DNA of 10,571 nucleotides from assembly GCA_050239825.1 (NCBI GenBank), contig JBFXGO010000042.1:8164-18734 (forward strand), given 5' to 3'. The stretch is from a bacterium. GTDB taxonomy: Bacteria; Hydrothermota; 32-111. The notes beneath the pieces are model-generated. The model made no database searches and had not been told where the DNA came from. It worked only from the letters and a program-made list of their open reading frames with translations. Below are positions 7,783 to 10,571 of the stretch, piece by piece (position 1 is the first letter of the stretch; every line of letters begins with the position of its first letter). The position numbers were made by a program, and so were the translations under genes.

Positions 7783-9002
7783 TCACACCTTCCGAGCTGT
7801 CTCTTTACCATAGGCAGAATATCCGTGTTCCTGATTACTATATCCTGTATGGAGTATTTTTTTGAATACATGAAGCAGGGGACATCAGAACCGCTGTGGT
7901 CGCCTTTATATGAAGGGTCTTCCGACTCTCCACCGTATTTTGAAGCATCGACCCATTCTATGACTATTCTCGAAAGCATAGAGTCAAGTGAGTTCTTATC
8001 CGGATATCTGAAACCTGTCTCTAAAAATTTCGACTCCATAGTGCTGAACTCTTTTCCGTCCATAGTGCCTATGAATGCGGGATTGCCCGTCGCATGGTCG
8101 GAGACCATTATTACGGTAGTGCGGGTTGTCTCTGCATAATCGATAATCATCTTCACAAGTTTTTCAAGTTCGAAAATTTCATAAACATACTCTTTTGTCA
8201 TGTGGTAGTGAGCCGCATGGTCAATCCTTCCAGCTTCAATCATAAGGAAAAATTCCTTTGATTCCTTCCTTGATTTTGCATCAAGGTATTTTACCGCGTA
8301 TCCGGCCATTTCGGAGAGTCTCGGCTCTTTTATGGTGTCTTTGTCATACTCGTATGCCATATGAGTGGTGTTGAATATGCCGAAAAACCTCTTCTTCAAA
8401 TCCATCTTTTTAAGGTCTTTCTTCTCCTTTGCAACTCTGTAATTCTTTTTCTCCATCTCTTTGAAAAGGTCGCGTTTATCATAGCGCACATCCTTTGAGA
8501 ATTGCTTTGATCCGCCTCCCATTATGAGGTCAATGTCGGTATTGACAAGCTGAAGAGCAATGTCATACTCAGAGTCCCTGCTGTTTATATGCGCGTATGT
8601 GCCTGCAGGAGTCGCATGCGTTATCCTGGTGTTTGAAACGATTCCGCTGAGGAAACTATACGCCCTGCAGTACTCGGTTATGTTTTCAAGCTTCTTGCCG
8701 TCTCTCACTTTGTAGACTGCTTCATTATTCATTCCAATGACCCCGTTTCCCGTCTTTTCTCCGCAGAAGAGAGCTGTCGCCGCGGCGGCAGAATCGGTTA
8801 TATAGGTATTGTCCGCAGTTGTTTCACACAAAGCAAAATCAGTGAATCTTTCAAATTCGGTTTCAACAGGTTTTCCTGAGAGAAGTTTTCTGTGTATTGA
8901 GAGTGCGTCGAGTGACATTCCGTCTGTTATTATAAGTATCACATTCTCTCCGAATATTGAAAGAGAGAGAAGAATTATAAGAAAGGAAATGCGAATTTTC
9001 AT
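7779..9002 (-). CDS. phoA: Secreted alkaline phosphatase (PhoA family)
   Basis: Signal peptide MKIRISFLIILLSLSIFG, NVILIITDGM, TDSAAAATA (phosphoserine), THATPA, SRD (Arg), LIMGGG, IEAGRIDHAAH, SDH, GDHSGSDVP. SD AGGAGG at 9015-9010 on the - strand. Confidence 0.93.
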   Translation of the reverse strand: MKIRISFLIILLSLSIFGENVILIITDGMSLDALSIHRKLLSGKPVETEFERFTDFALCETTADNTYITDSAAAATALFCGEKTGNGVIGMNNEAVYKVRDGKKLENITEYCRAYSFLSGIVSNTRITHATPAGTYAHINSRDSEYDIALQLVNTDIDLIMGGGSKQFSKDVRYDKRDLFKEMEKKNYRVAKEKKDLKKMDLKKRFFGIFNTTHMAYEYDKDTIKEPRLSEMAGYAVKYLDAKSRKESKEFFLMIEAGRIDHAAHYHMTKEYVYEIFELEKLVKMIIDYAETTRTTVIMVSDHATGNPAFIGTMDGKEFSTMESKFLETGFRYPDKNSLDSMLSRIVIEWVDASKYGGESEDPSYKGDHSGSDVPCFMYSKKYSIQDIVIRNTDILPMVKRQLGRCE

Positions 9003-9015
9003 TTTATATCCTCCT

Positions 9016-10044
9016 TTAATCTGTCTTTTCTTTTCCAGCCAATTGACCGCAGGCTCCGGCGATGTCTAAACCTCTGCTCTCCCTTATGGTAACGGCATCT
9101 TTCAGCGGAGCGAGTTTCTCAAAGAAATCCGCAATCTCTCTCTTTGAAGGAGAGCGGAATCTCTTTCCCACAGGGTTGTAAGGGATGAGATTGACTTTGC
9201 AGTCAAGACCCTTAACAAAATCAAAGAGAGAGTTTACATCATCAGAAGTGTCATTTACTCCCGGAATAAGTATGTACTCGAATGTCACTCTCTTATTTTT
9301 TGCATCCTGATATTTTATAAGCGCCCTTTTAATCGATTTAAGGTCGTATGTTTTGGCTATGGGCATAAGCTCTTCCCGTTTTTTTTGTATCGCAGTATTT
9401 AAAGAGAGAGCTAATTTCACCTGAAGAGGGAACTCTGTTAGTTTCTCAATACCCGGGACAATTCCGGAGGTTGAAACTGTTATCTTTCTCGCTCCGATTC
9501 TTATTCCTTTGTCAAAATTCAGAATCTCGATTGCCTTTAAAACATTATCCAGATTAAGAAGAGGTTCACCCATTCCCATGAAGACAATGTTGGTGATTCT
9601 CTCTTTAGAGTGAAGAGCCATGTGCATAAACTGCCTTATTATCTCTCCTGCTGTGAGGTCTCTTCCCGCATTCGCGCCTGTGGCGCAGAAAGCGCATTTA
9701 AGAGCGCACCCTGTCTGCGAGGAGAGGCATACTGTTATTCTGTCTTTTGAAGGCATAAGAACCGATTCAATAGAGCTTGTCTCAAATTCAATAAGAAATT
9801 TCGAACTTGAATCAATTTTGGATTTGAATATAAAGCTTTTTTCATTGAGGTCGGAGTTGAAGATTGTCTTGAGTCTCTCTCTCTCTGAAGCCGCAATATC
9901 CGTCATCAGAGAAAAATCAAATATATTTTTCTCATAGAGCCATTTGAAAATCTGCTGTGACTTGTACTTCGGAAAATTGTTCTCCACAAGTATCTTTGTG
10001 AGTTCGTCGTATGTGAGTGAAAAGATATCAATTCTTTTATCCAT
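9016..10044 (-). CDS. rlmN: Dual-specificity 23S rRNA m2A2503 / tRNA m2A37 radical SAM methyltransferase
   Basis: IESV, VCLSSQTGCALKCAFCATG (CxxxCxxC plus upstream Cys), MGMGEPLLN, TVSTSG, FEYILIPGVND, NLIPYNP, RGLDIAGACGQL (methylated Cys). Confidence 0.97.
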   Translation of the reverse strand: MDKRIDIFSLTYDELTKILVENNFPKYKSQQIFKWLYEKNIFDFSLMTDIAASERERLKTIFNSDLNEKSFIFKSKIDSSSKFLIEFETSSIESVLMPSKDRITVCLSSQTGCALKCAFCATGANAGRDLTAGEIIRQFMHMALHSKERITNIVFMGMGEPLLNLDNVLKAIEILNFDKGIRIGARKITVSTSGIVPGIEKLTEFPLQVKLALSLNTAIQKKREELMPIAKTYDLKSIKRALIKYQDAKNKRVTFEYILIPGVNDTSDDVNSLFDFVKGLDCKVNLIPYNPVGKRFRSPSKREIADFFEKLAPLKDAVTIRESRGLDIAGACGQLAGKEKTD

Positions 10045-10050
10045 GAATCT

Positions 10051-10078
10051 ATTCTATGTCATTTTTACAATAATGCAA
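10051..10078 (-). promoter_or_regulatory. Putative promoter for rlmN-phoA-aldolase, probably leaderless
   Basis: On the - strand TTGCAT (10078-10073), 16 nt, TAGAAT (10056-10051), 6 nt, ATG (10044). No SD sequence. Confidence 0.55.
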
Positions 10079-10100
10079 TAGGCGAAAAAAGAGAGATTCC

Positions 10101-10128
10101 TTGACACTCCGTCAGGCCTGTGTATGAT
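10101..10128 (+). promoter_or_regulatory. Putative sigma70 promoter for the right-hand CDS, probably leaderless
   Basis: Perfect TTGACA (10101-10106), 16 nt, TATGAT (10123-10128), 6 nt, ATG (10135). No SD sequence. Confidence 0.65.
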
Positions 10129-10134
10129 TATGTC

Positions 10135-10571
10135 ATGAATGATACAAAAAAAGTGGATATACGGGGAAATACCTTCACTTCGCATGATGCGGATGAAATG
10201 TATGATGACATACTTAGAGGGATAGAGTACGGCGAAATAAACAAACACCTTGAGCGGCTTACAACAGTTCTTTTTTATGTGAATCAGATAGGTCTTCTGT
10301 TAATACTCATGGCATCTTCTTACATGATTCATCAGCATTACGGGTTTGGAGTTGCCGCCATGTTTTTTATAGTGCCGATTCTTCTAAATAAAAACAAATT
10401 CAAAACATGGAAATTCGTTTGGAAGACACTTTCATTTATCAGTTACGGTTTAACGGTTTTATACTCTCTCTTTCTCTCTTTCAATCAGGAAGTTAGATCA
10501 TACCTTGTATTCATGACGATAATATCCGCATCAGTCATCATAACTCTTTTATACCTCATACTCATCTCTCT
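10135..10571 (+). CDS. Hypothetical multi-pass membrane protein, 5' part (runs off the window)
   Basis: Manual translation gives an open frame with no stop for 145 codons: MNDTKKVDIRGNTFTSHDADEMYDDILRGIEYGEINKHLERLTTVLFYVNQIGLLLILMASSYMIHQHYGFGVAAMFFIVPILLNKNKFKTWKFVWKTLSFISYGLTVLYSLFLSFNQEVRSYLVFMTIISASVIITLLYLILIS. About four hydrophobic segments. Absent from the ORF track, presumably because it has no stop. Confidence 0.8.
   Translation, partial: MNDTKKVDIRGNTFTSHDADEMYDDILRGIEYGEINKHLERLTTVLFYVNQIGLLLILMASSYMIHQHYGFGVAAMFFIVPILLNKNKFKTWKFVWKTLSFISYGLTVLYSLFLSFNQEVRSYLVFMTIISASVIITLLYLILIS

Noticed and set aside
9874..9886. (TC)6 tract in rlmN as a phase-variation site
   Set aside because: Short, in frame, encodes S-E-R-E-R in a housekeeping gene, and AG runs are common throughout this window.
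9016..10044. Possible Cfr-type resistance methyltransferase
   Set aside because: MGMGEPL and the overall motif pattern are RlmN-type (Cfr has MGMGEAL), and the context is chromosomal with no mobile element.
10055..10136. TATGTCAT direct repeat (10055-10062 and 10129-10136) as a Pho box or operator for the phoA operon
   Set aside because: It resembles a PhoB half-site, but the copies are 74 bp apart rather than 11, one includes the start codon, and an 8-mer match in AT-rich DNA is weak evidence.
85..10248. Short ORFs in the track lying antisense or out of frame to the called genes (e.g. 3034-3417, 3384-3815, 7433-7813, 7825-8139, 9620-9937, 10054-10248)
   Set aside because: They overlap well-supported genes and most have the Ser/Phe/Ile-rich composition expected from the reverse complement of AG-rich coding DNA, with no recognisable motifs.

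Overview
Gene-dense bacterial chromosomal window (standard genetic code, roughly 40% GC by eye) with two convergent operons and the start of a third, divergent gene. The + strand operon (sigma70-type promoter at 34-62) runs: uncharacterised two-TM membrane protein with a Cache/PDC-like extracytoplasmic domain and long coiled-coil tail, leuS, truA, transaldolase (tal), single-HKD phospholipase D/Nuc-family lipoprotein, purB. The - strand operon runs rlmN, alkaline phosphatase, RhaD-like class II aldolase, and its 3' end overlaps purB by 24 nt with no terminator. A multi-pass membrane protein missing from the ORF track starts at 10135 and runs off the window. I see no RNA genes, CRISPR arrays or mobile elements. 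The region is mostly housekeeping. The best leads are the sensor-like protein with no enzymatic output and a 14-residue repeat tail, two back-to-back apparently leaderless promoters (10042-10137), the orphan RhaD-like aldolase coupled to a phosphatase and rlmN, and motif and start-site oddities in leuS.
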